Counted from the first letter of the stretch, positions 10,477 through 20,175 are shown. The stretch: DNA of 47,570 bases from Pirellulales bacterium (GCA_030751095.1 JASMGX010000005.1:1-47570); one strand, 5' to 3'. A program made the numbers and translations. Notes: generated by a model from the sequence alone, not told the origin.

Positions 10477-11043
10477 ATGCGTTATCTGGGGCTATCTCTG
10501 GCACTGGCATCCATTATTGGCTGCGGCAATTCCATCAAACCCAACGCAGACTTAACGGCAGCATACTTAAATGATGCCAACCTGAACAAAACCGATCTTG
10601 GGTACGCGAACCTCTTTGAATCGCACCTGCGTTCGGCTGACCTGAGCGGATCAAACTTGACCCATACCAATCTTCAGGCCGCCGATCTGAGCAGAGCCGA
10701 TCTGGATGGTGCCAGCCTGAGCTTTGCAGACTTAAAAGGCGCGAAACTGGTTTCGGCAAACCTGATCGGGGTCGACCTGTCGTTTGCAGACCTCGGCAAG
10801 GCTGATTTATCCGGGGCAGTAATGACTTCTGCGAATTTGACACAGGCGAACCTTCGCAAGGCGAATCTCACCAACGCGAACCTGAGTGGTGCGAATTTGA
10901 CCGGTGCTTTTTTTCGATATTCCGAGGGTTGGGACAAGGCAACCTGGACCGGTGCGTACTACGACACAGAACACCCTGCTGTGTGGCCGAAGGACATGGA
11001 TCCGACAACGCTCGGCATCACTGAGAAAAAGCCCGAGGATTAA
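10477..11043 (+). CDS. Pentapeptide repeat lipoprotein
   Basis: RBS GGAGG, lipobox-like LASIIG-C, about 24 A(D/N)Lxx repeats, C-terminal cap GAYYD...WPKDMDP. Confidence 0.92.
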   Translation: MRYLGLSLALASIIGCGNSIKPNADLTAAYLNDANLNKTDLGYANLFESHLRSADLSGSNLTHTNLQAADLSRADLDGASLSFADLKGAKLVSANLIGVDLSFADLGKADLSGAVMTSANLTQANLRKANLTNANLSGANLTGAFFRYSEGWDKATWTGAYYDTEHPAVWPKDMDPTTLGITEKKPED

Positions 11044-11143
11044 CTCCCACGATGAACGATTCCCACATCCTTCAATAGGGGCGATGCTTACTCGCACCAC
11101 ACCGAGAGATTCAAGGGGGGGATTCAGAGCGGGAACCTGCGAA

Positions 11144-14100
11144 TCAGGGTGCTTTGGCTGCCCCACTCGGCGCTTTCGGGTCCGATTGCCCGGGCCGCAA
11201 GAGCGAGCCATCGAGCTCGCTCAGATAACGGACCAGATCTCGCAAATCCGCCCGGGGCAGGCCGCTGGTTAGGCCCGAAGGCATCAAGGTCCCGGCCGCT
11301 TCGAACCGGTCCACCGTCCGCCAGGGAATCATTTCCTCTTTTTTGGTGACCGCATCAAGCAGGACGATGCCATCGGGACTCTCGCTGACCTTGATCCCCT
11401 GAAACACTTTGCCGTCGTGCGTGAAAATCGTAATCGAGACATACCCTTCCTTGATCTCGCGGGCCGGCCAGACCACCGCTTCAATAATCCGGTCGACCGG
11501 CATCCCCCGGCCAACACTGCTCAAGTCAGGCCCAACTTTTTCGCCCTTACCATAGATCGCATGGCACGCGGCGCAGTTGAGGTAGGCCGATTGAAAGACC
11601 TCTTTGCCACGTTCGGCATTTCCGTTTTCCAAGACCTCCAAAGCGAGCGCGTTGATCCATACCGGATCGTGCGCCCGTTGCACGCTCTTGAGCCCGAGTG
11701 CCGAATCGAGAACTTCGGTAAGCCTCTCGTGAGAAACCGCCGCAGCGCTCGCGGCGCGGCGCAACTGTCCCGCGGCAGCGGAGGGAATCGTCGCACCAGA
11801 GAGCGCATCGGCCAATGCAGCGGCGCCCTCCTTACGGACAAGAATCGCGGCAAGCAGATCGCTCGCCTGCTGCTCGGTCGTTATCGATTCGATCAACTCT
11901 GTAGCCCGCTTTGCCGCTGCGGCAATGTCCGTCTGCGCCCAACTCCCGAGCGCCGCACAGGCGAGTTGCCAGTTTTTTGGGTTTTCCGACAACGCATTTA
12001 GTGTCTCGGTCGCGCTGGCGGCACCGAGGGGCAAAAGCGCCTTCGCTGCTGCGCACCGCACCTCGGTAGCCTCGGAGAGATCGGTGGCAAATTGCAGAAC
12101 CTCAGCAGATAGCTCTTCCATCTTCCAACTGGCCGCCAAATCGATCGCAGCGGCCCGCATGGCAGAATCATCGCTGCCGAGCCAGCGCCGCATTGGAGCA
12201 ATCCAATCTCCCTCTGGCCGCACACCGCGCAAAAGCGCAGCGGTGGCAACGCTCTCGAGCAATGCGGCGCTGAGGTCCTCATGCCGCAGGACGTATGCGA
12301 GTTCTTTCGGGCCACCGGCTAGCGCCAATCGGCGGAGCATCTGCTCGCGAATCTTCGGGCTCAGGCGACCGACGAGTTTCGGGTTCTGCAAGAATGCTAA
12401 CATCTCCGCAGATCCATCCGCGCTGAGAACAAATGCGATCCGCTCGGGATCCTTGCCGAAATCGATCGAGCCGGCCACAAAGGCATCGCGCCAATGCGGC
12501 CCGAGCGCATGAACCGCATGCACCAGAGCATAATCAATGTATTTGTTTCGCGGTGCATCGACCGCGCGAGCAGCAACCTCCATCGCCCGCGCATCGGGCA
12601 CATAACTGCACGCCACAACCGCTTCAAGTCGAACGCGCTCATTTTCATCGCGAACCAAGGTGGCCAGGGTACTAAGCGGATCGCGAAGCCGGTCCTGCCA
12701 GAGTCCGACCACGCGGGCGGCATAGGCACGCGCACGCGGATCGCGCGCTGCGACCAATTTGGAAAGAAGCTGCTCATCGACATATTCGTGCGACTGCAGA
12801 ACACCGATCGCCCGGTAGAGGAGTTGTTCGTATGCCGGATCCTTCTCATCCATTTTGTCGACCCACGCCAACACCGCAGAGACCACTTTCTCTGAGTCGC
12901 CAGCCTGAAGCAACCGCCGGACCTGATGCCGCTCGTACCGCTCGCCGCTGCGAAGTTTTTCGACCAGTTCCGGGATTTTCAATCCCGTCAAATCGGAAGG
13001 CGTGCGAAGGGGACGGTCTTTTGCGCTCACGCGCCAGATCCGGCCATGCTCCTTATCGCGGTCCGGATGCCGGTACGATGCTTGATAGTGGCCAATAATC
13101 GGGTTGTACCAATCCGCCACATAGAGAGCTCCATCCGGTCCGATCCGCATGTCGACGGGACGGAAGCTACGGTGTTTGGAAACGATCAGGGGCGCCATTT
13201 CCTCGAGCTTCATGTTCTGCGAATCATCCTCTAGCCGGAAACGGAGGATGGTATTGTTCAGAAAACTCCCGGTCACGATTTGGTTGGCGGTCTCGGAGCC
13301 AAAATGCTCACCGCCTAAAAACTCCGTCGAGGCGACTTTGTCGCGATTCCAGAGCGTCGGTAGCGGCTGACGATGGCTATGCCGGATCAGGGCGGGCGTC
13401 ATCCAGAAAATGCCGTGACCATTACCCGCTGCGAGGATCGGCTGCCCCCAGTCATCAAACGCCAATCCCCAGGGGTTGTGTGGTGGTGCTTCACGACCGA
13501 AAAACGGATCGAGTTGCAAGCGCCGCGGCCGCAGACGCCAGAGTCCGGCGTTGTCGAGTCGTTCGATGCCCCACGGCGTTTCGATCCGCGAAAAAATATG
13601 CAAACCCTGCGAGAAAAAAAGATCGCCCCCCGGGCTCCAGGTAAAATTATTGATGAGCTGGTGGGTATCGCCGATCCCGAAGCCGGTCAGCACCAAACGC
13701 CGCGTGTCCGCCTTTCCGTCGCCATCGGTGTCTCTCAGATGCAGCAGATCCGGTCCACTACCGACGTACACGCCGCCATCCCCCAGTTCGATTCCCTGCG
13801 GCAAAAAGAGGTTTTCGGCAAACGTCTGCCTCCCGTCCGCCTTTCCATCGCCATCGCTATCGGAGAGGACCACGATTTTGTCGTTGGCTTTCTCGCCCGG
13901 CTTGATCTGCGGGTAGAGTGGAGTACTGATCACATATAGTTTGCCATCCGGGCCCCATCGCATCTGGATCGGATTGGCAATCCCGTCCTTCTCCGATGCA
14001 AAGAGGCTCACCTCGTATCCCGGCGCAACTTCAAACGTTTCGAGTTCCTGCTCCGGCGAAAGTGCATCGGCAGCAAACGCCGCCCGCAGAGTGACTGCCA

Positions 14101-14146
14101 AAAGGACACAACAGATGGGCATACAATAGCGCAGAGGTCGGATCAC
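11144..14146 (-). CDS. PVC-type membrane-bound dehydrogenase / heme-binding CxxCH protein (beta-propeller + HEAT repeats + cytochrome c)
   Basis: LSPEQELETFEVAPGYEVSLFASE, DTDGDGKAD repeats, FRPVDMRIGPDGALYVADWYNPIIGH, HEAT region, GKEVF...CAACH...GPDLS...MPSGL. Start set at GTG 14146 after RBS GAGGTG. Confidence 0.92.
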   Translation of the reverse strand: MIRPLRYCMPICCVLLAVTLRAAFAADALSPEQELETFEVAPGYEVSLFASEKDGIANPIQMRWGPDGKLYVISTPLYPQIKPGEKANDKIVVLSDSDGDGKADGRQTFAENLFLPQGIELGDGGVYVGSGPDLLHLRDTDGDGKADTRRLVLTGFGIGDTHQLINNFTWSPGGDLFFSQGLHIFSRIETPWGIERLDNAGLWRLRPRRLQLDPFFGREAPPHNPWGLAFDDWGQPILAAGNGHGIFWMTPALIRHSHRQPLPTLWNRDKVASTEFLGGEHFGSETANQIVTGSFLNNTILRFRLEDDSQNMKLEEMAPLIVSKHRSFRPVDMRIGPDGALYVADWYNPIIGHYQASYRHPDRDKEHGRIWRVSAKDRPLRTPSDLTGLKIPELVEKLRSGERYERHQVRRLLQAGDSEKVVSAVLAWVDKMDEKDPAYEQLLYRAIGVLQSHEYVDEQLLSKLVAARDPRARAYAARVVGLWQDRLRDPLSTLATLVRDENERVRLEAVVACSYVPDARAMEVAARAVDAPRNKYIDYALVHAVHALGPHWRDAFVAGSIDFGKDPERIAFVLSADGSAEMLAFLQNPKLVGRLSPKIREQMLRRLALAGGPKELAYVLRHEDLSAALLESVATAALLRGVRPEGDWIAPMRRWLGSDDSAMRAAAIDLAASWKMEELSAEVLQFATDLSEATEVRCAAAKALLPLGAASATETLNALSENPKNWQLACAALGSWAQTDIAAAAKRATELIESITTEQQASDLLAAILVRKEGAAALADALSGATIPSAAAGQLRRAASAAAVSHERLTEVLDSALGLKSVQRAHDPVWINALALEVLENGNAERGKEVFQSAYLNCAACHAIYGKGEKVGPDLSSVGRGMPVDRIIEAVVWPAREIKEGYVSITIFTHDGKVFQGIKVSESPDGIVLLDAVTKKEEMIPWRTVDRFEAAGTLMPSGLTSGLPRADLRDLVRYLSELDGSLLRPGQSDPKAPSGAAKAP

Positions 14147-14180
14147 AGACACCTCTCTAAAAGGCAATGGACGCCACACC

Positions 14181-15716
14181 TTACTGGGGGGCAACCTGTT
14201 TGCTGATGTCCGCCTCGAGCGCAGAGATCAGCGGTAAAAATTCTTCCATTTCGTCAGGGAACGTTCGGACCTTGTGGGACGGGTCCTGGCTGAAGGGGAC
14301 CATCATCCGCGTGCCGCCGAGGAAGGCCCAGTTGGTGGGACGCCAGTAGTTGAACCAGAGCCGGTTTTTTTCGCGGACTAATGCTCGAACCGGTTCGAGC
14401 TGCTCCGACCATTTGTGCGCCACACCTAGTTGTCCCGCGGTCTCTTCGGCAACGCCAAGCCAAGCATCCGGCGCAAGGTGCATTCCATCCGTGGTTTGCC
14501 GATCGGGTGCAGCCGGGCTAGGCGCGTTAAAAAGATCGACAAACACATAACCCCGCCTTGCAGCCAGATCGCCCGTGGCAGCAACGTACTCGCCAAGCGA
14601 TTCGTTCAACTGCGCCAGATCGGGCAGGGGGGGCTCGGGAGTTTCAAACGGGATCGGAGAAACAAGCACGATGCGGTCTGCGTATGCCGAAAGCCGGTCC
14701 AGAAGTTTTTCATATGCTGCGACAAATTCCGATATTTTCTCGCGTCCCGCCATCGACTCAGGCCCTCCGAAGCTTGCGATGATGACCGTCGGCGCAACGC
14801 GAGGCAATTGTTTCTCCCAGCTACCAAAATAGGGGGGTCGCTGTTGCGAAAAAACGGTATCGGCTTGCCACGCCATGTTGCGAAAGCGGACCGAGCCGCC
14901 CGCTGCACGCGAGAGCAGCGATTCGAGATACCCGTACCGCGAGGCAAGCATCGCATTGGTCCCGCCGACAAAAACGACCGTATCATCTTTGCGGAGCGCA
15001 AAGGGAGTTGTCGGCTTTGCTTTCTTTTCCTGTGCCGCGCTCACCTTTTCGATCCGGGGCCGAAGCGCATCGATAAGTTCTTTTTCATTTTTACCGGCAA
15101 TCGACAAGGGGGGGTTTTTTACTAATTTGAGATCGGCAAAGACCAGTTTCATCGGCGGCCCTGCATGCAGTTGCAAGCTTATCTGCCCCGAGAGCGCCCC
15201 TTTCGGGTCGTCGATTGCGACGGAAATCACGCCGTTAATCGCCGTCCAGATCCGGTGGCCGACCGCCAGTATCTCATACTCGTTCCACGCGTCGGGCTTA
15301 ACCTGCTCTTCGCCCACACTCGGCCAGTCCAGAAAGGCCCGGCCATGCTCCTCATACAAACAGCCCCAGCTCCCTTTTCCGATATCGGCTTGATAGCCGA
15401 TCGCAAATCCCCCTTTACCGGGTCGGCTTCGAAACTGCACTCCGCTGTTGCCGCTGTTGGGGATCAGTTTGACTTTGAAGGAGAGGTAGAAGTCGCCTAC
15501 TTTTTCGTCCGACCAGAGAAATTCATTGCCTGGAATATATTCTTTCGATGCGCCCACAATCATTCCGTCCTGGACCGACCAGTACTTGTGGTTGCCCTGC
15601 CAGCGGTCCAGGTTTTTGCCATTAAAAAACCCTTTCGCAATTTCCGGTTCACCCGCCGCTGCGGGGAGAGCCAGTACCAGAGACAAACAGAACCAGATTA
15701 TTTTTTTTTGCTGCAT
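14181..15716 (-). CDS. DUF1080 (3-keto-disaccharide hydrolase-like) + SGNH/GDSL-like domain protein
   Basis: FFNGKNLDRWQG...NSGVQFRS...GYQADIG...WNEYEI...GQISLQLH, then an SGNH fold (VVFVGGT, FRNMAW, LVSPIP, TTDGMHL). Confidence 0.88.
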   Translation of the reverse strand: MQQKKIIWFCLSLVLALPAAAGEPEIAKGFFNGKNLDRWQGNHKYWSVQDGMIVGASKEYIPGNEFLWSDEKVGDFYLSFKVKLIPNSGNSGVQFRSRPGKGGFAIGYQADIGKGSWGCLYEEHGRAFLDWPSVGEEQVKPDAWNEYEILAVGHRIWTAINGVISVAIDDPKGALSGQISLQLHAGPPMKLVFADLKLVKNPPLSIAGKNEKELIDALRPRIEKVSAAQEKKAKPTTPFALRKDDTVVFVGGTNAMLASRYGYLESLLSRAAGGSVRFRNMAWQADTVFSQQRPPYFGSWEKQLPRVAPTVIIASFGGPESMAGREKISEFVAAYEKLLDRLSAYADRIVLVSPIPFETPEPPLPDLAQLNESLGEYVAATGDLAARRGYVFVDLFNAPSPAAPDRQTTDGMHLAPDAWLGVAEETAGQLGVAHKWSEQLEPVRALVREKNRLWFNYWRPTNWAFLGGTRMMVPFSQDPSHKVRTFPDEMEEFLPLISALEADISKQVAPQ

Positions 15717-15781
15717 ACCGATATTCCGTTACTCTGCCTCTTGGGCGAATGGGATTTTGGACGAATGCTTGAGGGAAAAAC

Positions 15782-16204
15782 TCAGTAAAGGACCGGCGCT
15801 TTAAGTGAGCACCAGGGCTCTTCCTGGTAGACATCGATCAGGGCCGGGCCTTCGAATTTGGCGGGGGACAGAATGGCGAGAAATTCAAGCGTGGTATCGA
15901 ACGGGTTATAGGTACCGTGGACTACGTCGATGGGGATGTGGGCAATTTCTCCCGGCCCCAGGATTTGATGCTCCTGCTCAATCCACTGCTCTGCCTTACC
16001 GGAGAGCACGTAGATAATTTCTTCCATTTCCGGGTGACGATGGAATTGATGGGCTTTGCCCGCTGGCATCGCGACACGGACCAACAGCAGTTTTTCTGCA
16101 TCCACAAGCCCGGGACGCGCGAGCCAGTCGTGGGGACCCCAGGGGAATTCTTCCACCTCAACTTGATCGCCCGAAACAAAGCGAAGCAGTTCCGATTTAT
16201 CCAT
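15782..16204 (-). CDS. Cupin domain protein
   Basis: HQFHRHPEMEEIIYVLSG and PGEIAHIPIDVVHGTYN cupin metal-binding motifs. Confidence 0.92.
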   Translation of the reverse strand: MDKSELLRFVSGDQVEVEEFPWGPHDWLARPGLVDAEKLLLVRVAMPAGKAHQFHRHPEMEEIIYVLSGKAEQWIEQEHQILGPGEIAHIPIDVVHGTYNPFDTTLEFLAILSPAKFEGPALIDVYQEEPWCSLKAPVLY

Positions 16205-16257
16205 AACGAATCCTCGTTGCGGAAATTGAGGCGGAAAACGTGTTGAGCGCTCGGCCC

Positions 16258-16286
16258 TTAGCCAGACTTCTGCTGGAAAGTATAAT
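16258..16286 (+). promoter_or_regulatory. Putative sigma70 promoter upstream of the TIM-barrel gene
   Basis: TTAGCC-N17-TATAAT (perfect -10 at 16281-16286). Confidence 0.45.
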
Positions 16287-16351
16287 CGAGAGCCACATCA
16301 TTCATAAGGGCCGTACAAACTACTTCCAAAACCCCGAGAGGATTTTCGCCC

Positions 16352-17203
16352 ATGCCGCCTAGCACAACGTTTCAATTAGCTCCAACTCGCAAAGAAATTC
16401 TCGCCGCCCTCCGCAGCCAAATCGATGCCGCCAAACCGATTATTGGCGCAGGAGCGGGCACAGGCATCTCCGGCAAGTTTGCCGAAGCGGGCGGCGTGGA
16501 CCTGATTGTGATCTACAATTCCGGCCGCTATCGCATGGCAGGTCGCGGTTCGACCGCTGGGCTGATGGCCTATGGTGATGCGAACGCGATCGTCGTCGAT
16601 ATGGCCCGAGAAGTGTTGCCGGTGGTTCGCAACACACCGGTCCTCGCCGGCGTACATGGCACCGATCCGTTTCGCATGATGCCGGTCTTTCTTTCCGAAC
16701 TCAAGGAGATGGGATTTGCCGGGGTCCAGAATTTCCCCACTGTGGGACTTATCGACGGACATTTCCGGACCACCCTCGAGGAGACCGGAATGAGCTACCA
16801 ACTGGAAATCGACATGATCGCATATGCGCACGAACTCGACCTGCTCACCACGCCCTATGTCTTCAACCCTGAGGAAGCGGTGGCGATGACGCAAGCGGGC
16901 GCCGACTTGATCGTGGCCCACATGGGCTGCACCACCAAAGGCAGCATCGGGGTGAGTACGGCCAAAAGCCTTGAAACGTGCGCGGAGGAAATTCAGGCGA
17001 TCCACGACGCGGCAAAATCGGTCCGCGAGGAGGTGATGGTGATCTGCCACGGGGGAACCATCAGCGAACCGGACGATGCGCAATACATTCTGGACAACAC
17101 GCAGGGAGTTGTTGGATTTTTCGGCGCCAGCAGCCTCGAGCGACTTCCCACCGAACGGGCGATCACCGAACAGGCCGAGACCTTTAAGGCGATGCGTGTC
17201 TAG
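16352..17203 (+). CDS. Phosphoenolpyruvate hydrolase-like family TIM-barrel protein (PEP_hydrolase)
   Basis: [71 protein letters not shown]. Confidence 0.95.
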   Translation: MPPSTTFQLAPTRKEILAALRSQIDAAKPIIGAGAGTGISGKFAEAGGVDLIVIYNSGRYRMAGRGSTAGLMAYGDANAIVVDMAREVLPVVRNTPVLAGVHGTDPFRMMPVFLSELKEMGFAGVQNFPTVGLIDGHFRTTLEETGMSYQLEIDMIAYAHELDLLTTPYVFNPEEAVAMTQAGADLIVAHMGCTTKGSIGVSTAKSLETCAEEIQAIHDAAKSVREEVMVICHGGTISEPDDAQYILDNTQGVVGFFGASSLERLPTERAITEQAETFKAMRV

Positions 17204-17343
17204 CGGCACGCGAGCCTTCCGAAGCAGGCAACAACAGGTATTTTTTAAAGGCAGCGGGCCGCACTGCGATGGAACCATTTTCCATCCTGTACGTTCCGCA
17301 AGAGCCTCCAGAGATAAACCGCGGGAACACCGCCGGGCGGCCC

Positions 17344-17622
17344 ATGCAAATCCATGTCCTCTATACGGCACAATTGAAGGATGCCGCGGGCGCCGCCGAG
17401 CAGATGATTATTCTTCCCGACCGAAGCACCGTCCGCCGCTGCCTTTCGGAAATTGTCCAGATCCATGGCGAGGCACTCCGCACGATGCTATTCGACTCCG
17501 AAGAAAACCTGCTTCCATCGGTACTCCTTTGCCTCGGAGACGAACAGATATCTATCGATCACGCATCGCCGCTCTCAGACGGTGATGAGCTGACATTGCT
17601 CAGTGCCATTAGCGGCGGATAA
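17344..17622 (+). CDS. MoaD/ThiS family ubiquitin-like sulfur carrier
   Basis: 92 aa, MQIHVLYTAQLKDAAG...LSDGDELTLLSAISGG with a C-terminal Gly-Gly. Confidence 0.9.
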   Translation: MQIHVLYTAQLKDAAGAAEQMIILPDRSTVRRCLSEIVQIHGEALRTMLFDSEENLLPSVLLCLGDEQISIDHASPLSDGDELTLLSAISGG

Positions 17623-17646
17623 TATTCTTTCCTTCAGGATGCAGCC

Positions 17647-18402
17647 ATGCCTCAGGCACCACTGAACAACGAAGAGAAGGAAATCTATGCGTGGCAGATT
17701 CCGGTTTGCGATTTCGGCGAAGAGGGCCAGGAGCGACTCAAGGGAGCGAGCGTCCTCATTTCCCGCATTGGCGGTCTCGGCGGCGTCGTTGCGTACGAAC
17801 TGGCCGCTGCGGGAATTGGCCATTTAATCCTCGCCCACGCAGGTGATATCAAACCGGGCGATCTCAACCGCCAACTCCTGATGACCCACGACGCCCTCGG
17901 CACACCGAGAATTGAATCGGCGAAAAAGCGGCTCTTGGAGCTCAACCCGCGTCTTCAGATTGACGCCGTTGCGCAAAACGTTGCCGAGGACAACGCCGCC
18001 GATCTGGTTTCCCGCGCCGACGTAGTGGTCGACTGCGCGCCACTCTTTGCAGAGCGCTATCTCTTAAACCGCCATGCCGTTGCCCAGGGCAAACATCTTA
18101 TCGAATGTTCGATGTACGAGATGGAATTCAACATCACTTCCATTGAGCCCGGCACGACACCTTGCCTGAGGTGCCTCTTCCCGGATGAGCCTCCCACCTG
18201 GAAGAGAGAGTTTCCTGTCTTCGGCGCGGTCTCCGGTGCCGTCGGATGTCTTGGTGCTACTGAAGCGATCAAGATACTCGGTGGCTTTGGAAATCCCCTC
18301 TACGGACAGATGATTCGCGGCGATCTACGGAACATGCAATTCCAAAAGATTACCATTCATCGAGACCCGTCTTGCCGGGAATGCGGGCATCTTTTTCAAT
18401 AA
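17647..18402 (+). CDS. HesA/MoeB/ThiF family E1-like adenylyltransferase (HesA-like)
   Basis: GQERLKGASVLISRIGGLGG, DLNRQ, PCLRC and CRECG Zn sites, VFGAVSGAVGCLGATEAIK. Confidence 0.92.
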   Translation: MPQAPLNNEEKEIYAWQIPVCDFGEEGQERLKGASVLISRIGGLGGVVAYELAAAGIGHLILAHAGDIKPGDLNRQLLMTHDALGTPRIESAKKRLLELNPRLQIDAVAQNVAEDNAADLVSRADVVVDCAPLFAERYLLNRHAVAQGKHLIECSMYEMEFNITSIEPGTTPCLRCLFPDEPPTWKREFPVFGAVSGAVGCLGATEAIKILGGFGNPLYGQMIRGDLRNMQFQKITIHRDPSCRECGHLFQ

Positions 18403-18567
18403 TGCCAGCGGTGTACGAGAATCGCATGTATTGTGATCTGCCCGCACTTCTTCGATGCCGCGCCAGCGAACCGCACCACGGCGTGCCCCATCTCGACCCG
18501 CTTCTTTACTCAAGCTAGGCTATGGATAGCTTCGAGAACCAATTTTTCACCAATCACCCGCTGTTCC

Positions 18568-20175
18568 ATGCGACTCTTTCCACAAAAATCAGGATCTACC
18601 AATTCCACGACGATCCTTTTGTATGGATCTCTGGTGGTGTTGTTTTTGCTGGTCCTAACGCTCTGGCGGAGCGGTTCGGATCAAAGAGCTCCCGTATCGG
18701 AAAACACCAAAGAACCCACCGCGAACGCTGATTCCGATCGGCCGCTCTTTGTCTATTGCGCGGCCGGCATGCGTAAACCGATTGAAGAGATTGTTGCCGC
18801 CTACGGGCGGGAATACGGAGTCCCGATCCACCTGCAATATGGCGGATCCAACACACTCCTTGGCCAGCTTGAGGTGAGCCGCACCGGAGATCTCTACCTT
18901 GCTGCCGATGAAAGTTATACCCGCCAAGCCCAGCAGAAGGGTTTGGTTCAGGAACGACTCCCCGCGGCAAAGATTCGCCCCGTGATCGTCGTTAAGAAGG
19001 GTAATCCAAAAGGCGTGCAGGGCATTGCTGATTTAGCCGCTGGCAAGGTGAGGTATGCCCTCGGAGATCCGGATGCCGCGGCCATCGGTAAAAAAACCCG
19101 CAGCCTCCTCTCGGCCTCGGGCGACTGGCTCGCTGTCAAAGAAAACGCCACCGTCATCAAGCCAACGGTCACCGATGCGGCCAATGCCGTGAAGATCGGC
19201 AGCGTCGACGCCGCCATCGTCTGGGATGCCACCGCTGCACAATATCCCGAATTGATCGCCATTCGCGACCCGGCCCTCGATCGCGGCGCCGCGATCATCG
19301 AGATCGCGGTCACCTCGTTTGCCAAGGACCCCACCGCTGCCCTCCATTTTGCCCGATTCGTTGCCGCGGCCGACAAAGGGCTGACATCGTTTGCCGGTTG
19401 TGGAATCGAAACGGTCGACGGCGACCGGTGGGCCTCGCAGCCGGAAATAACCCTTTTCGCAGGTTCGGTCAATCGCCGCGCGATTGAACCGGCAATTCGT
19501 GCGTTTGAAGGCCGCGAAGGGGTCACCGTCAACACGGTCTATAACGGCTGCGGCATCCTGACAGCCCAGATGAGAGGCATGTACCAATCCAGGCAGGATG
19601 ATTTTCCGGATACCTATTTGGCCTGCGATGTCTACTATCTCGACACCGTAAAAGAATTATTCGAAAACCCGGTCAATATTTCCGACACCGACATTGTGCT
19701 CACCGTACAAAAAGGAAATCCCAAAAATATCCAAACGCTAAATGACCTCACGCGCGATGGTGTTCGGCTTGCCCTCGGTCAAGAGCAGCAGTGCACCATC
19801 GGGATACTCTCCCGCCGCCTGCTCGCAAGCCAGGGCCTTTACGAGAAGCTCGTGCAAAATGGGAATATCGTCACGGAAACTCCCACCTCTGCGCTGCTTG
19901 TCCCCAACGTCACCACAGGGGCTGCCGATGCAGCCCTCGCCTACTATTCGGACACCCTGGCCGAAAAAAATCGCCTCACCATCATCCCCATCGACTCCCC
20001 GCTCGCCAAGGCAATCCAGCCATTTAGCATCGCAAAGACCAGCCAGTACAAATACATGGGCCGCCGCCTTTTTGATGCGATTGCCGCCTCGCAGGACGAT
20101 TTCATCGCGGCGGGATTCAACTGGCGACTCGGCGACCGGACGGGTCCGTTAAAACCTGAAGAGTCCGGCAATTAG
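18568..20175 (+). CDS. modA: Molybdate/tungstate ABC substrate-binding protein with two tandem ModA-like domains and an N-terminal membrane anchor
   Basis: TM segment; domain 1 (YCAAGM...YGGSNTL...DLYLAAD...KGNPKGV...VDAAIVW); domain 2 from about 19441 (FAGSVN...YNGCG...DTYLACD...KGNPKNI...ADAALAY). Lies upstream of modB/modC. Confidence 0.85.
   Translation: MRLFPQKSGSTNSTTILLYGSLVVLFLLVLTLWRSGSDQRAPVSENTKEPTANADSDRPLFVYCAAGMRKPIEEIVAAYGREYGVPIHLQYGGSNTLLGQLEVSRTGDLYLAADESYTRQAQQKGLVQERLPAAKIRPVIVVKKGNPKGVQGIADLAAGKVRYALGDPDAAAIGKKTRSLLSASGDWLAVKENATVIKPTVTDAANAVKIGSVDAAIVWDATAAQYPELIAIRDPALDRGAAIIEIAVTSFAKDPTAALHFARFVAAADKGLTSFAGCGIETVDGDRWASQPEITLFAGSVNRRAIEPAIRAFEGREGVTVNTVYNGCGILTAQMRGMYQSRQDDFPDTYLACDVYYLDTVKELFENPVNISDTDIVLTVQKGNPKNIQTLNDLTRDGVRLALGQEQQCTIGILSRRLLASQGLYEKLVQNGNIVTETPTSALLVPNVTTGAADAALAYYSDTLAEKNRLTIIPIDSPLAKAIQPFSIAKTSQYKYMGRRLFDAIAASQDDFIAAGFNWRLGDRTGPLKPEESGN

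Noticed and set aside
10477-11043. Qnr/MfpA quinolone-resistance protein
   Set aside because: It has a lipoprotein signal and generic A(D/N)L repeats, with no Qnr-specific features.
16376-17371. 331-aa minus-strand ORF, and similar long shadows at 31693-32652, 39671-40789, 43155-44243 and 44970-45875
   Set aside because: Antisense to well-supported genes; expected in GC-rich DNA.
18403-18567. Moco/Wco riboswitch or ModE box upstream of modA
   Set aside because: No recognisable Moco-RNA consensus or TATAT-N7-TAYAT box by eye.
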